From Octopus sinensis (taxonomy: Eukaryota): a stretch of DNA of 64,000 bases. The notes below the pieces were generated by a model. That model worked only from the letters and a program-made list of their open reading frames with translations. It was not told where the DNA came from and ran no database searches. The position numbers and the translations under genes are program-made. The DNA lies in contig NC_043020.1 of assembly GCF_006345805.1 (NCBI RefSeq), positions 19,096,001 to 19,160,000 on the forward strand, in the 5' to 3' direction. Below are positions 1 through 11,864 of this stretch, in pieces; position 1 is the stretch's first letter, and every line of letters begins with the position of its first letter.

Positions 1-649
1 CAAGCAGTTCTTAAATTCTTTCTGTGATGTTTCTCTCTCCACCCTTAACCTCAATATCATCATCATCGTCATCATCTCTTATTACTGCGCTATTTCTTTT
101 TTTCTCTCTTTTTCTCTCCTCCTTTCTCCTCTTGGCCTTCTACTTCCTTTCGCCTGTCACGTAATCGGCTTTGATTTCTCTCCTCTCCCCAATCCTCTTG
201 CGTGTCTCCTCCTTCGTTTATGCTACCCACCACTCTCTTCTCTTTCTTTCTCTCGCTCTCTGCCATTTTGATTCACCGTCTTTTCTTTTTCCTCTTCCGC
301 TTTTCCTCCCCCTCTCTCCACTCCTCTCATTTTATCTCTTCACTTTATCTATTATTCCCCTTCGTCTTCACTCCATTACTGCTTTCCCTCCCCAACTTCG
401 TCTTTCTCACTCCTTCCTTTCCTCCTTCCACGTCTTTCATTTCCTTTTCAATCTTACGTTCCCCTTCCTTCGCTCTCAGTCATTCTTTCGACTTCTTACT
501 CTCTTCTCTCCTCTTCGCTTACTCATACTCTCCTCTCACACTGTCTCTCTCTCTCTCAGTTCACCTCTGCATCTATCTACATAGTTCACTTTCTCTCTCT
601 CTCTCTTCTCTCTCTCTCAGTTCACCTCTGCATCTATCTATATAGTTCA

Positions 650-688
<39 letters not shown>

Positions 689-860
689 CACCTCTGCATC
701 TATCTACATAGTTCACCTTCTCTCTCTCTCCTTTTTTCTCACTCACACTTTTCTCTCCCTCTCGTTTCGCTCACTCACATTCTCTCTCACTCACACTCTC
801 CCCTCCTATTGAAACTTCTCCAGGTCAACGTCCCTTCACTTGTCCTACATTCTAAAGCGA
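1..860. repeat. Pyrimidine-rich low-complexity tract with (CT)n runs
   Basis: Plus strand almost entirely C/T; ORFs 171-584 and 202-645 are Leu/Ser/Phe artefacts of this bias. Confidence 0.9.
545..720 (+). repeat. Tandem repeat, 3 copies of ctctctcagttcacctctgcatctatcta(c/t)atagttcac separated by variable (CT)n
   Basis: Unit visible three times with roughly 60-70 bp period. Confidence 0.9.
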
Positions 861-1075
861 GCCCCGCCGCCGCCACCTTACTTCTCCCAGCCGCCGCTGC
901 TATTATGGCGGACAGTTATTATTTAACAGCCGACACTTCTTTCTAAAACACCTTTAGCAGAGATTAATGGTGTATCTTCTGGGGGTAAAATTTTCTTTGG
1001 AAAGACAACTAATAGCAAGCAAATACTTATATAAATAAATATATATATATACACACACGCGCGCGCGCACGTAAG
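855..1075. promoter_or_regulatory. Possible CpG-retaining promoter/5' UTR-like segment
   Basis: gccccgccgccgccacc, gccgccgctgc, attATGGCGGac (YY1-like core ATGGCG) and cgcgcgcgcgc in an otherwise CpG-poor window; no downstream exon identified. Confidence 0.25.
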
Positions 1076-1811
1076 ACAGTGAATGTATTCGTGTCATGTT
1101 CGAAGCTACTTTATATCTACCTATTTATTATTCCGTGTGTGTGTGTGTGCTGACCTAATTGAGTGCTGTACCCATCTGGTACATTACATAGGTTGGCACT
1201 TTGAATACACCGATCGCTTTAGCTTCATTTTTGCCACCTTGCATACGTACACACGCACACATTCTCTCTCACCCTCACTCTCCTTTCTCTCTCTCTCTCA
1301 CACACGCTTTCTCCCCCTCTCTCTCTCTCACACGCTCTCTCTTTCTCTTCCCCCCCCCTCTTTCATTTTTCTCGCTTACGCACGCGCGTATTAGTGAATT
1401 CAAATTTATGGATCTCTACTTTTGCTGTCACAGTTTTCGCGATTTTAAAATTAAGTGAAAATTTTCAAAATTGGTTTACAGATGTAATTTTTCACGCTGA
1501 ACCTGATTTTGTTATTCGCTTGTTCCAGAAAACAATATTTAGAAAAAAAATATTAGAGATTTCATAACTTTTGTTCAATCAGAAAACAGGATTTTGAAAC
1601 TGGCATTTTGTGCGTGATAGCTTTCTATGACGATATTACGACGACAAACTTGTGAAATGTTGGAACAGGCTATATTGCTTGTAAGCAATATAGAAAGGAA
1701 AAAATTCACATGATATATTTTCTTGCCTGTGAAGAATTACAGAAATACAAACTAATTACTGTCCTAGGTCGAAAATTATAATCATCAATTTCAGAAATGA
1801 GGCGGTTCTCC

Positions 1812-1965
1812 ACAAGTCAATGGTTGGCGTTGGGAAGAGCATCCAGCTGTAGAAAACAAGCTTAAACAGATATTGGAGCTTGGTGCAGTCCTGAAGCTCA
1901 TCAGTTCCTGTCAAATCGTCCAACACCTGCCAGAATAGAAAACATGTTAAATGATGATGAAATAG
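1812..1965 (+). mobile_element. Repeat family B (SINE/LINE-tail-like, ends in (GAT)n), partial
   Basis: tggttggcgttgggaagagcatccagctgtagaa...ccaacacctgccag...(gat)n; motif recurs more than 12 times in the window. Confidence 0.8.
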
Positions 1966-2001
1966 GTGTGTGTATCATCATCATCATTTAGGATACGTTT
2001 T

Positions 2002-2358
2002 GGATCTTTTCGGTTTGAACGGCAGTTTTTTATAGCGGTGTCATATGAAATTGTCACCCATAATTATGACCCTAGTATCGATCTATTGCATTTCTATCTG
2101 TTTTATGGTTGGTTAGGGTTACGGGTGGGGGAAAGGTATTTTTTTTTCTTCACAAATATAAATAAACCCAATCTGTTTCTTAAGCGAGGGACATATTCAT
2201 ACGGCACAATGTTTTTTTACCTCAATAGACGCAATTGATTGGGTGAAATTGCAGAAATTGAAGAGAAAAAGATGTTTTATAAACATATTCTACCAGTTTA
2301 AAATTTTTTAGTTACCTAGAAATTATGATAAAAACTGCCGTTCAAACCGAAAAGATAC
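2002..2358. mobile_element. MITE with ~30-bp TIRs and 8-bp TSD, Merlin-like
   Basis: Left GGATCTTTTCGGTTTGAACGGCAGTTTTT, right AAAAACTGCCGTTCAAACCGAAAAGATAC; identical TSD TACGTTTT at 1994-2001 and 2359-2366; interrupts a minus-strand family B copy. GG terminus with 8-bp TSD fits Merlin; superfamily call is inference. Confidence 0.8.
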
Positions 2359-2877
2359 TACGTTTTTCATACTGGCATGAGTTTGACAGTTTGACAGCAG
2401 TTGGTAGGGCCAGGAGCAGCACCAGGCTCTGATCGAAGCTGTTAGGATAGAGTGTTCAGTTTAGTGAGGTCTTTTGTAGCATATCAGCTATTTATGTATG
2501 TTTTTAAGATAAGAGTGACCTCGAAGTTGACTTCTCAAACTGAAATATTCAACAGTTTAAAGAGCTAAATTTGGTGAAAGTCACTTTCATCTTTGTGTGT
2601 CTGTGTGAAGGTCAAATTAAAATTCATTATTTATGCTTTAAAATCTCCGTGAAAAAAAAAACAAAAAAATTCCCAAAGGAAAACAAAAAATAAACAACAC
2701 ACATTTTTATGCACTTTCAGAGAAATATGTTAGGGAAGAAATAGCAATCACAAACGTAATGAGAGGGTACATTTTTACCACAAAAGATATTAGCTACTGT
2801 GTGAAGGCTGATGCTAGAATGAATTACTGGGAAGGTGAGGGACACTATCTTCTGCCTTACAGTTCATCATCATCAAC

Positions 2878-3218
2878 AGGTAATATTTATCTCCACTTAA
2901 ACAGGGATGTTCTGTTAGAAAAAAAATCTATACTACAGTAGATAACATGAGAGAAACTCTCATTGGCGTTTAGTGTAAAATGCATTCGGGGAGATAAATC
3001 TTGCCACCTCTTATAATTGTTAACACCAAGGATGGTTGAAATCATGTGATCTGGTGGTCTTGGTGCTGGAGATGGCAGGGATTTATCTCCCCTCGAGAGA
3101 TATAAACAAGAGTGCATTTTGCACTAAAAGTCAATATGAGAACTTCTCTCGTGGTATTTACTGCAGTATAGTTTGTTCTAACAGAACATTCATGTTTAAG
3201 TGAGAATAAATATTACCT
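2878..3218. mobile_element. Foldback/MITE-like element, almost entirely an imperfect palindrome
   Basis: Arms aggtaatatttatctccacttaaacagggatgttctgttag... vs the reverse complement of 3112-3218; inner arms ggggagataaatc / gatttatctcccc. No TSD found. Confidence 0.75.
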
Positions 3219-3269
3219 CTTGGTGTTAATACTGCCTTCTTTGCTAATATATGATTTGAGTGAAGAAAC

Positions 3270-3600
3270 TTATTCAAAGTTTTTTGATGGCACATCGCCT
3301 CTTTGTAGTGTAGGAACTAAGCTTATTGTAAACTCTTTGTAATTTTTATGTTATGTTCATAATTAGAGTCACTATCAGCAGAAACTTGCAGACCTTCTGT
3401 TATAAGTGCCAACCCTTTTGTAAAATTCTTTGCACTGAGTTTAAGTGGAGTTGATGGAATATCAATGATCTCATTTGTATTTTTGGCATTTTTCTCTCCA
3501 GCTTTTTCTTGTTTTAACAGCATCAGCACCTTATTAGATAAACTTTCTCTATGGGACTCTATTAACTCAACCATATCCTCCTCTGTGATGTAATATGCTT
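3270..3600 (-). pseudogene. Tigger/pogo-like transposase C-terminal fragment
   Basis: ITEEDMVELIESHRESLSNKVLMLLKQE...KLSAKNFTKGLALITEGLQVSADSDSNYEHNIKITKSLQ resembles the Tigger transposase C-terminus (ELLESH.EELTNEDL.EL...DPN.ER..KV). Confidence 0.6.
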
Positions 3601-3899
3601 GTAGGCACATACCAATACACATAGAATACAGATGTGTGTCTTGAGAGAATGGCAAACAGGGTGTGTTTGTATGTGTCTGTTTGCTTAGAGTCCAGAAAAC
3701 TACAAACATGTGTTTCGGCTTAGGAAGAGGTGTGTGCTCTAAGTGGAAGGGTGGTGGTTAGATGAATGTGTATCACTAACCTACTAACATAATCTAGATG
3801 ATAGCCTATGAATACTACACATATACACCCACCCTGTATATATAAAGTTTAAGCAGAAGTGTTTAGGCTGCTCCCTCTAGTGAAGAGGATTGACCTGCA

Positions 3900-4145
3900 A
3901 GAGTCCTGTGTTGGTGCCACCTAAAAAACACTTGTGCTGGTTCCATGTAAAAGCACTCGTGCCAGTGCCACATTGAAAGCACCCAGCACACACTGTAAAG
4001 TTTTTGAAGTTAGGAAGGGCATCCACCTATAGAAACCGAGCCAGATCGCATTGGAACATGGCACAGCTCCCTGGCTTGTCAGCTCTGGTCAAATTGTCTA
4101 ACCTATGCCAGCATTGAAAATGGATGTTAAAGGATAATGATGATA
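3900..4145 (+). mobile_element. Repeat family B copy
   Basis: aaagcacccagcacac...taggaagggcatccacctatagaaa...ggatgttaaaggataatgatgat. Confidence 0.8.
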
Positions 4146-4327
4146 TCCCATGCATGCTACAAGATCCACAAGAAATAACAAAAAAAGCGTACAATTCCTT
4201 TTGCATTATAATTTATTAATTCTAAAATGTATTTTTTCTTGTCAGTTCCACTTCTTGTGGAAGATGGTAATTGTGATACTCATATAAATGGCAGGTTGTT
4301 AGCCTTCAGCTAAGACATACTCTAGTG

Positions 4328-4719
4328 CAGTTGTCCTCAACCATTTTTTTTATCTGTGGACATGTTTCATTATTATTTTATTCTGGTGGACCCCTATAGC
4401 CATTCAGTGTTCAAAAGCTGGTTTTATAGAGACTTCTTTCAAAATTCCTATTTTGTTTTTCACACATTCACTTGTATAGGTTTACAATAGAACTCTGTGA
4501 GAGACCATGTTTCACTGGCCAGAAACATGTTAAACTAGTAAAACAGTGGAGAAAGAAAATCAGTTGTTTCTTGTAATAAAGATATCTGAAGCAAAATTTT
4601 TTTTCACTGACACTTAAAATACTACTGTGGATCCCCAATTTGCTATTTTGCTTGTATGGACCCTCAAAAATCTCATGTGGATCCCCAGGGGTTCATATGG
4701 ACCCAGTTGAGAACCTCTA
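4328..4719. mobile_element. hAT (Charlie/MER5-like) MITE
   Basis: Ends CAGTTGTCCTCAACC and GTTGAGAACCTCTA (degenerate CAGTGGTTCTCAAC TIR); 8-bp TSD ctctagtg (4320-4327) / ctatagtg (4720-4727); internal GTGGA(C/T)CCC subterminal repeats. Confidence 0.8.
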
Positions 4720-4816
4720 CTATAGTGCACCAACCAGATATTCTGTAGGTATATTCTGTTGTACAGAATACAATTATAGAGTTTTAACCAACACTATATA
4801 TAGACAGATGTAAATA

Positions 4817-4847
<31 letters not shown>

Positions 4848-5157
4848 CATACACAATGCAGTGTTTTGTTTCAGTTCCATTTCCTCTCCTTATAACTCTA
4901 AGTATTGCTAAGTTAGTGGTATTAGTCATTAATAACCACATCCATTATCACTTTTAATCCCTTGTTCCATCACAGCCTCTTATGTTCTCCCATGGCAACC
5001 TCAGATGCTGTTAATTGTTCTTGAACTCCTGGTCAAATACATTCCAGCTTTGACCATCCCACTTTTTTGTTTTGTTTTGTTTTCAGTGGTGGGTGGATAA
5101 CTAGGACTACATAATGTGATATATATATATCTTTCTCTTTGTTTTTAAATAAATTAA

Positions 5158-5360
5158 CCCTTTAGCATTCAGATTATTCTGTCAAATGTAGCGCTTACTT
5201 CTTCACATTATTTTCATTTTAATTGATCATGGATTATCTCATAGCTTTGAGATTTCAGTGAGGTGATTGTTTATTCTTGGAATGACATTGTAGGGCATGT
5301 GTGAGGGGGTGGATCTGGCCGTTTTGCATATAAAACAGGCAGAATATTTCGGCTGGCTAT
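5158..5360 (+). mobile_element. piggyBac-like MITE (TTAA|CCCTTTAGCATT end), partial
   Basis: TTAA at 5154-5157 then CCCTTTAGCATTCAGATTATTCTGTC; same family as 46208-46694. Confidence 0.65.
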
Positions 5361-5554
5361 AGATACAATCAATCCCTCTGACAAGTTCCAACACATTTTC
5401 ATCAATCTGCCCAGTTTCACTCTCAATGTTTGAATCAACCCTAGGCTATGATAGCTTACATTTGTCTAATAGTGCCTCACAATTGAATCTGGGACCTTGT
5501 GATTGTGAAACAAAGTTCTTAACCACTACTGCCTGCCTGGCCCTTGTGCCGGTG

Positions 5555-5735
5555 ACATGTAAAAGCACCCACTATACTCTTGGGGTGGTTGGTGTTAGGA
5601 AAGGCATCCAGCTGTAGAAACACTGCCAGATCAGATTGGAGCCTGGTGCAGCCATCTGGCTTGCCAATCTTCAGTCAAACCGTCCAACCCATACCAGCAT
5701 GGAAAGCGGACGTTAAACGATGATGATGAGGATGA
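5555..5735 (+). mobile_element. Repeat family B copy
   Basis: aaagcacccactatactcttggggtggttggtgttaggaaaggcatccagctgtagaa...ggaaagcggacgttaaacgatgatgatg. Confidence 0.85.
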
Positions 5736-5911
5736 GGCCATGCTGGAACTCTAACATCAACAGTGATGATGATGATAATGATCTAAAGAATTCCAGCTAT
5801 GACCATCCTGTCAGTTCTCAGTTTTAGGCTCATTGGTCTAGGGGTATGATGCTTGCTTAAGATGCAAGAGGTCCCATGTTCGAATTCCCTACAAGCTCAG
5901 TATTTTTAGTT

Positions 5912-6258
5912 GCAGATGTGTCTATGTGGTTAAGAAGTTTGCTTCACAACAGCTTGGTTTGGGGTTCAATTCCCACTGTGTAGCACTTTCTACTATTGCC
6001 CCAAAACCTTGTAAGTAGAAACATAAAGAAACTCAGTATATTATATACAGGTGTATGTGTTTGTCTCTCACCACTGCTGGACAACTGGAGTAGGTTTGTT
6101 CATGTGTCCATAACTTAGCAGTTCAGCAGAAGAGACCAATAGAATAAGCACCAAGTTAAAAAAAAAAAAAAATAAGTGCTAGGGTTGATTTGTTTTACTA
6201 AGCCCCTTGAAGGCAGTACTCCAGCATGGCCTTAGTTCAGTAACTGAAACAAGAGACA
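5912..6258 (+). mobile_element. SINE family A copy, degraded
   Basis: tgtggttaagaagtttgcttc...gttcaattcccactgtg head; ...gagaccaatagaataagc...ctccagcatggcc...ctgaaacaag tail. Confidence 0.75.
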
Positions 6259-6617
6259 AGAGATAAAAGGTACAATATCTAAGGACTACAAAATGCTATG
6301 TTGAATGTTTCCCCTCACACTTATTTTGGAAGAGAAGGATTGTGTGGTTTGATTAGATTTGTCTGCTATTTCTAGCTGGTCCAGTAACAATGTAGAAGTC
6401 CCCTCATTAGTCAACGATGAGGCCATTGTTGTGCTGCTGTCCCTGATGATGGTGATGGTGATGATGAGGAGGAAGAGGAGGATGATGGTGATGATGATGA
6501 TGATGATGATGAGTCTACCCTCCCTCCAGTTCTTTTTGAACAATTTTTTTTGTTTTTGTTTTTTTTTTCCGGTCTGTATCCAAGACATGATAACTCAGTG
6601 TACCTTTTTCTCATTTG

Positions 6618-6841
6618 CCCCTTTAGCATTTTAAACCAGTCATATCGGGCCAAAATATTCTACTTGTTTTATAGTGAAACAGATCGGATCTGGCCTCTCA
6701 CACCTACCCTGCAATGCCATTCTAAAAACATATAACCACGTCATGGAAATCTTGAAGCTATGAGATAATACATGATTAATTGAAAACAATGTAAGGAAAT
6801 AAAATGTATTTGACAGAAGAAACTGAATGCTAGATAGTTAA
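6618..6841 (-). mobile_element. piggyBac-like MITE copy
   Basis: cccctttagcattttaaacc ... aatgctagatagttaa; reverse orientation of the 46208 family. Confidence 0.65.
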
Positions 6842-6959
6842 AAGGCCAAATTGTATTTGTGAAGGCAATTTGGCTGCTATTTCTAGTAAGTTGTGTGACC
6901 ATGAAGAGGCTTCCATTTTTGCAATATACCTTTGTGATGTTTAGTGACTGACATTGATG

Positions 6960-7265
6960 GTTGACACTTGTTTCTGTTGTTATGGTTGTTGGTTGTGATG
7001 ATGGTGGTGGTGGTGGTGGTGGTGATGGTGATGGCAGTGGATGTAGTTGTTGTTGCTGGTGGTGGTGGTGGTGCTGGCAGTAAATGTAGATGCAATTAGC
7101 GGTGGTGGCGTCTGGCGGGAAAATACGCAGGTGGTGGTTGAAGAGATAACACGTTTTCAAGTGGCAAGTAGTAGTGTGCAAACGTGTACACTACTGCCAC
7201 CACCACCACCACTATCATCATCACCATCATCATCACCACCATCCTCATCATCATCATCATCAGTT
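6960..7265. repeat. Compound (GGT)n/(GTT)n/(CAT)n/(CAC)n trinucleotide low-complexity region
   Basis: Direct inspection; explains the poly-H/Q/P/V/S ORFs. Confidence 0.85.
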
Positions 7266-7549
7266 CTAGATAGAACAGACACTGCTGTGAACATCTTCCA
7301 TAGTGAACACGACTCCTAGAAAGGTGCATTTCTACACATACCTGTGTGTGTGTGTGTCTGTGTGTGTATATGAGGTGGAGGGGCACTCATTAGCTAGACT
7401 AATTTACTCTGAAGATCTGATTAGTATATGTAATTGTATGTTTTCATATGACGTGACAGTGCTTTGTGTATTTTGGTAATGTGTAGAGGCCTCGTTCAGT
7501 TATGTAAACAAAGGCATTATACATGTATATATACATTCGTATCCTCCTC

Positions 7550-7850
7550 ATCATCATCATTAACATCTGTTTTTTCCATGCTGGTATGGGTTGGACAGTT
7601 TGACAGGAGCTGGCCAGATGGAGAGTTTCCCAGGTTCCATTTCATCTGTTCTGGCATGGTTTCTTAATGTCAACCACTTACAGAGTGTACTATCTGAGTG
7701 CTTTTAAAGTAGCTCTGGCATGGATGCTTTTATATGACCCCGGCACTGGTGCTTTTATGTGGCACCAGCATGGGCGCTTTTATGTCGCATTAGTACAAGT
7801 GCTTTTACATGGCAGTAGCATGGACACTTCTATGTGGCACCAGCATGGGC
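7550..7850 (-). mobile_element. Repeat family B copy
   Basis: catcatcattaacatctgttttttccatgctggtatgggttggacagtttgac...ggatgct...gtggcaccagca repeats. Confidence 0.75.
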
Positions 7851-7869
7851 GTTTGTGTGTGTGCATATA

Positions 7870-8794
7870 TTGGGTCATCTCATAAATAATGTGTTTTATT
7901 TTCAATTACATGAACTGAAAGTTCGACGGGGACAGGATAAACTACCTGCATCAACTTGCTATAAAAGCAGGTAGTAATTTTACCTTGTACTTATTCGTAG
8001 TGCAAGTTTTGAAGAGTGCAGTTTGATTTTGACAGTTATCTATTCAAAGCTGTAATGGAAGTGACAAAGGAGCATATTCGGCATATATTGCTTTATGAGT
8101 TCAATAAAGGCAACAACACAACAGAAAATGCAAGGAATATTAATGAGGTATATGGGTGTCAGACAATAACTGTAAGCCAGTGTCAATGGTGGTTCCAGAA
8201 ATTCCAAGCTGGAAACTACAGCCTTAAAGATGAGCCTTGTCCTGGAAGGTCTGTAGAGCTGGGCGAGGACATCCTGCAAACCCTGGTGGAACAAAATCCC
8301 ATCATAACTGTTGAGGAACTAGCAGAGAAGCTTGGATTTGGTCATTCAACCAGTCATTCAAGTCAGCGCTTGAAGAAAAACAACCATCTTTGGTTTCAAT
8401 ATGAAAGGTATTCTTCCACCAGGATAATGCCTGCTCATATACAGCAAGGATGACATTCCAAAGGCTGGAGCAGTTTGGATGGGAAACAATGCTCCACCCA
8501 CCATATTTGCCAGACATTCCCCTATCTAATTATCATTTATTCCACAGTCTTCAAAATCTTTTGTATGGGAAAATTATGAATTCTGTAAATGAGGTCAGAA
8601 CAGGACTGGAGATGTATTTTTGATCACGGACAAGTGAATTTTAGAAGAGGGGGCTTTGCAAGTCTACCAGATAGATGGAAAGTTGTAGAAAATGAAGGAG
8701 AGTATATTTTGAATTAAAAAAAGAACTTAGTTATTCTTAACTGTGAAAAGTGAAATTAGTATAAAATAACTGCATTATTTAGGGGATGACCCAA
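7870..8794 (+). mobile_element. mariner (Tc1/mariner) element, internally deleted
   Basis: TIRs TTGGGTCATCTCATAAATAATG / CATTATTTAGGGGATGACCCAA with TA on both sides (7868-69, 8795-96); 925 bp, shorter than a typical ~1.3-kb mariner. Confidence 0.92.
8055..8717 (+). pseudogene. mariner transposase pseudogene (internal deletion, frameshifts, stops)
   Basis: MEVTKEHIRHILLYEFNKG...WFQKFQAGNYSLKDEPCPGR...ITVEELAEKLG (HTH domains); after the deletion FHQDNACSYTAR...HPPYLPDIPLSNYHLFHSLQN (degenerate YSPDLAPSD)...LPDRW-KVVENEGEYILN*. Confidence 0.9.
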
Positions 8795-8814
8795 TATGTG
8801 TGAATGTGTGTGGT

Positions 8815-8990
8815 GTGGTTTCGTGTATGTGAAGTCACATGGCCTAGTGGTTAGGGTGTTTCATGCACAACCACTACATTGTGGTTTCAATTTCCAGACC
8901 ATTGGTGCACGGTGTTCTTTTGCAAAACACTTAATTTTACATTGCTCCACTCCACTCCACTGTAATCCTGCAATGGACTGGTGTTCCATT
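8815..8990 (+). mobile_element. tRNA-headed SINE (V/Meta-type central domain), partial
   Basis: cacatggcctagtggttagggtgt...gtttcaatttcc...gcaaaacactt...tgctccactccactc...cctgcaatggactggtgttcc; same family as 46292. Confidence 0.7.
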
Positions 8991-10149
8991 CAGGGAATAT
9001 GTTGGCCTTTCTCTACCTGCCAACATTTCCTGAAGCTCTGGCAATACTTTTCTAGTACCCCTTCTTTCTTTGGGGCCCTTATTAATGTCCATGGTCTTCT
9101 GGAACTTTTTTTTTTGTTCTGTGGACATTCTGAACATTCCTACAGCTTCAAACTTAATTCTAATTTGTATGATGGTAAGTTGCATTGGCGGGTCTTTTTG
9201 AAACTCCTTCCTAAACTGTCTTTGAACTTCAACTGTGTTTTTAAACTTTCAGTTCGACTTTATAATAAATGTCCTATGTTCAATGCTTAATCTGGTTCTC
9301 TTCATTATTTCTAATGGATTAAATCTAAAAAGAAATGAAAATTGAGTTATCTTTTGTTAGAGCGTATATATCATGTGATGATTCAGAGTCTGTGGATCAT
9401 AAGTACTTGTGAAAATAACACAATCCAAAGCATGTTTGCTGATGTCAATGAATTTGGTTACTGTGAGGCCTAAAAAAAGTCTGATATTTTGTAAAGAAGT
9501 CATATATTGAAGTAGTTTAATTATGTAATACAATGTCTGAAATGTCAGACATGTTTCACCTTGTCTGTGGCAACTAAACTTATAAATGACACACTGACAA
9601 AAACATTTTGGATATCAGATAGAAATGAATATTTTTTGTAACTCTTTTGATTCCAACTTGTCTGAGACCTGTTCTGTGATACAAACTTACCATTTTAAAT
9701 CAAAACCTTCCATAAAAAACTTCATGTTAATTCATGTTCCAAATACCAGATTAGCAATGTAAAATTTCATGCTAATTTCTGTTCCAAATATCAGATTGAC
9801 AACGATAGAGTTATTTGCTGAATTCTTCATTATTTTCAAAATTAATTCAAACAAAAAGCACCGTATTTAAACAGAAATATGGCAATGAAAGGGTGAATAG
9901 TCACCTATCCATCTTCTCAGCCCACTATTTCTAGGAGGATCATAAGGGTAGAGTCATCAAGTGTCTCCCTCATAGGGTCCTATTGGAAATAACTGTCATT
10001 AAACTTTCTGGCTGAATTCTGAGACTGTGAATATTATCCAACCATCCTGTTCTTGGTCAATCTCCTGCCAATTGAAGTATCCATTCTTGCAAGTCTTTCC
10101 TTTGACATTCTAATCACATGTCTTTAAGCACTGGATTTGTGAGCTCTCA

Positions 10150-10385
10150 GTGTGGAATGGCTTGACCTGGAGAGACTCATTCACCTTTGCACCAAGTCTT
10201 CTTGAGTACAGAAAGGCACCAGATATCTCGGTTCTTTGTCATCTTCTCAGAAAGGTTCAGTGTCCTGAAGTTGTCCTTTAGCATTTCATCCCATGTCTTC
10301 CTGAATTTCTCTATTCCTCAAATTCCAACCATTTTGAATGACCAGCACTTCTTTATGGAGCTGTGGACATATATCTGCGTCTCAT
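10150..10385 (-). mobile_element. RTE-clade LINE 3' ORF fragment
   Basis: Minus translation KKCWSFKMVGI*GIEKFRKTWDEMLKDNFRTLNLSEKMTKNRDIWCLSVLKKT matches the RTE ORF end pattern (GRPRKTW.E....DL..L.L...M..DR..W). Confidence 0.65.
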
Positions 10386-11468
10386 GATTAATTCAAAACA
10401 ATGTGAATAAATAAAGCATTATCTTTGGCAAAGTAATCCGAATGCCAAAGGGTTAAGCAAGGGTTTATTCTGTATATGTGAGGGGAGATGGGGAGGGGAC
10501 AGCAAGAAGCTACAGTTTTTTCTGTAACCTCTTCTTGGCCAGCACATTGTGGTTGAATTTAATACATGGAATCGGTGCAGAAAGTCACCCTATATGTATT
10601 TGAGTGTGTGTGTCTGTGTGTGTGCATCTGTGCTTCTTTATAAACCAGTGTAGTGTATGTTAGTATTCCTTATGTACCATAAATTAGCGATTCAACAAAT
10701 GGAGACCAATATAATTGCTATACCAATACAAGTTGATACTGTCAGTTTTAACCCTTGTGGGCAGTGCCCCTCCTCCGATGCAGTCCAGTGACTGTGTGTG
10801 TATGTGTGTGTGTGTGATTGTGTAGGAAGGGAGAGAGACAGACACTCTATTGTGCGTATTTTCCCTCTGCTGCTCAGTAAGTGATTGCCTTTTCTCTTCC
10901 TCCTTCTGCCACCAGCCACTCTCCTCTTCCTCCTCCACCGCCTCCTCCTCCTCCTCTGTCATCCTGCTCAGCAGCGTTGACATGACAGAATGCAGGAGAC
11001 AAACAGCTTGCAAGCATCTGCATCAATTGTCAAGGCGACCACCAGATAAGACCTGTAACAGTAACAAGATGATGACACTAAATACATAAGACCATAATCT
11101 TCTGTGGACTGTTAACCTCATGTTTAACTAAAGATTTCTCAAGGTTTTTTTGTTTTTTTTTCAATATATACACACATCCACATTTCAATCAGCTTTGTCC
11201 CCAGTCGTCATGAAGTGCCTTACACATTACTTGTACTGCAGAACCAAACTAGATTTCATCTCGAGAACAAATATATAAAAAAAAGAGCACAAAACTGTCA
11301 GAGCTCAGTTGTTAAAACATCACCACCAGCACCACTATCATTGTCATCATCGTCATCATCATTTAAGGTATACTCTTCCATGTTTGCATGGGTCAGACAG
11401 AATTATGCCAAGATAGATTTTTTCGTATGACTTGATGCTCTTCCTGTTGCCAACCTTCACCTGTTTCT

Positions 11469-11796
11469 GAGTGGCTGTGTGGTACCAACCACATGGTTCC
11501 AGGTTCAGTCCCACTGTGTGGCACCTTGGGCAAGTGTCTTCTACTATAGCCTCGGGTCGACCAAAGCCTTGTGAGTGGATTTGGTTGACGGAAACTGAAA
11601 AGAAGCTTGTCGTATATATGTATATATATATATGCATGTGTGTGTCTGTGTTTGTCCCCCTAGCATTGCTTGACAACCGATGCTGGTGTGTTTATGTCCC
11701 CGTTACTTAGCAGTTCGGCAAAAGAGACCGATAGAATAAGAACTGGGCTTACAAAAGAATAAGTCCCGGGGTCGAGTTCCTCGATTAAAGGCGGTG
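11469..11796 (+). mobile_element. SINE family A copy (3'-truncated)
   Basis: gagtggctgtgtggta...gttcagtcccactgtgtggcaccttgggcaagtgtcttctactatagcc...internal (TA)n/(TG)n...gagaccgatagaataag...ggcggtg. Confidence 0.9.
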
Positions 11797-11864
11797 TATG
11801 TATATATATATATATATATATGTATGTATATATTTATATATATACATGTATGTGTGTGTGTATA

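Noticed and set aside
1389-1810. Possible DNA-transposon terminal fragment (AT-rich, CpG-retaining)
   Set aside because: No matching second TIR, TSD or coding remnant found; cannot be supported from this window.
10877-10915. GTAAGT...polypyrimidine...CAG mini-intron
   Set aside because: Only 39 nt long, with no coherent flanking reading frame.
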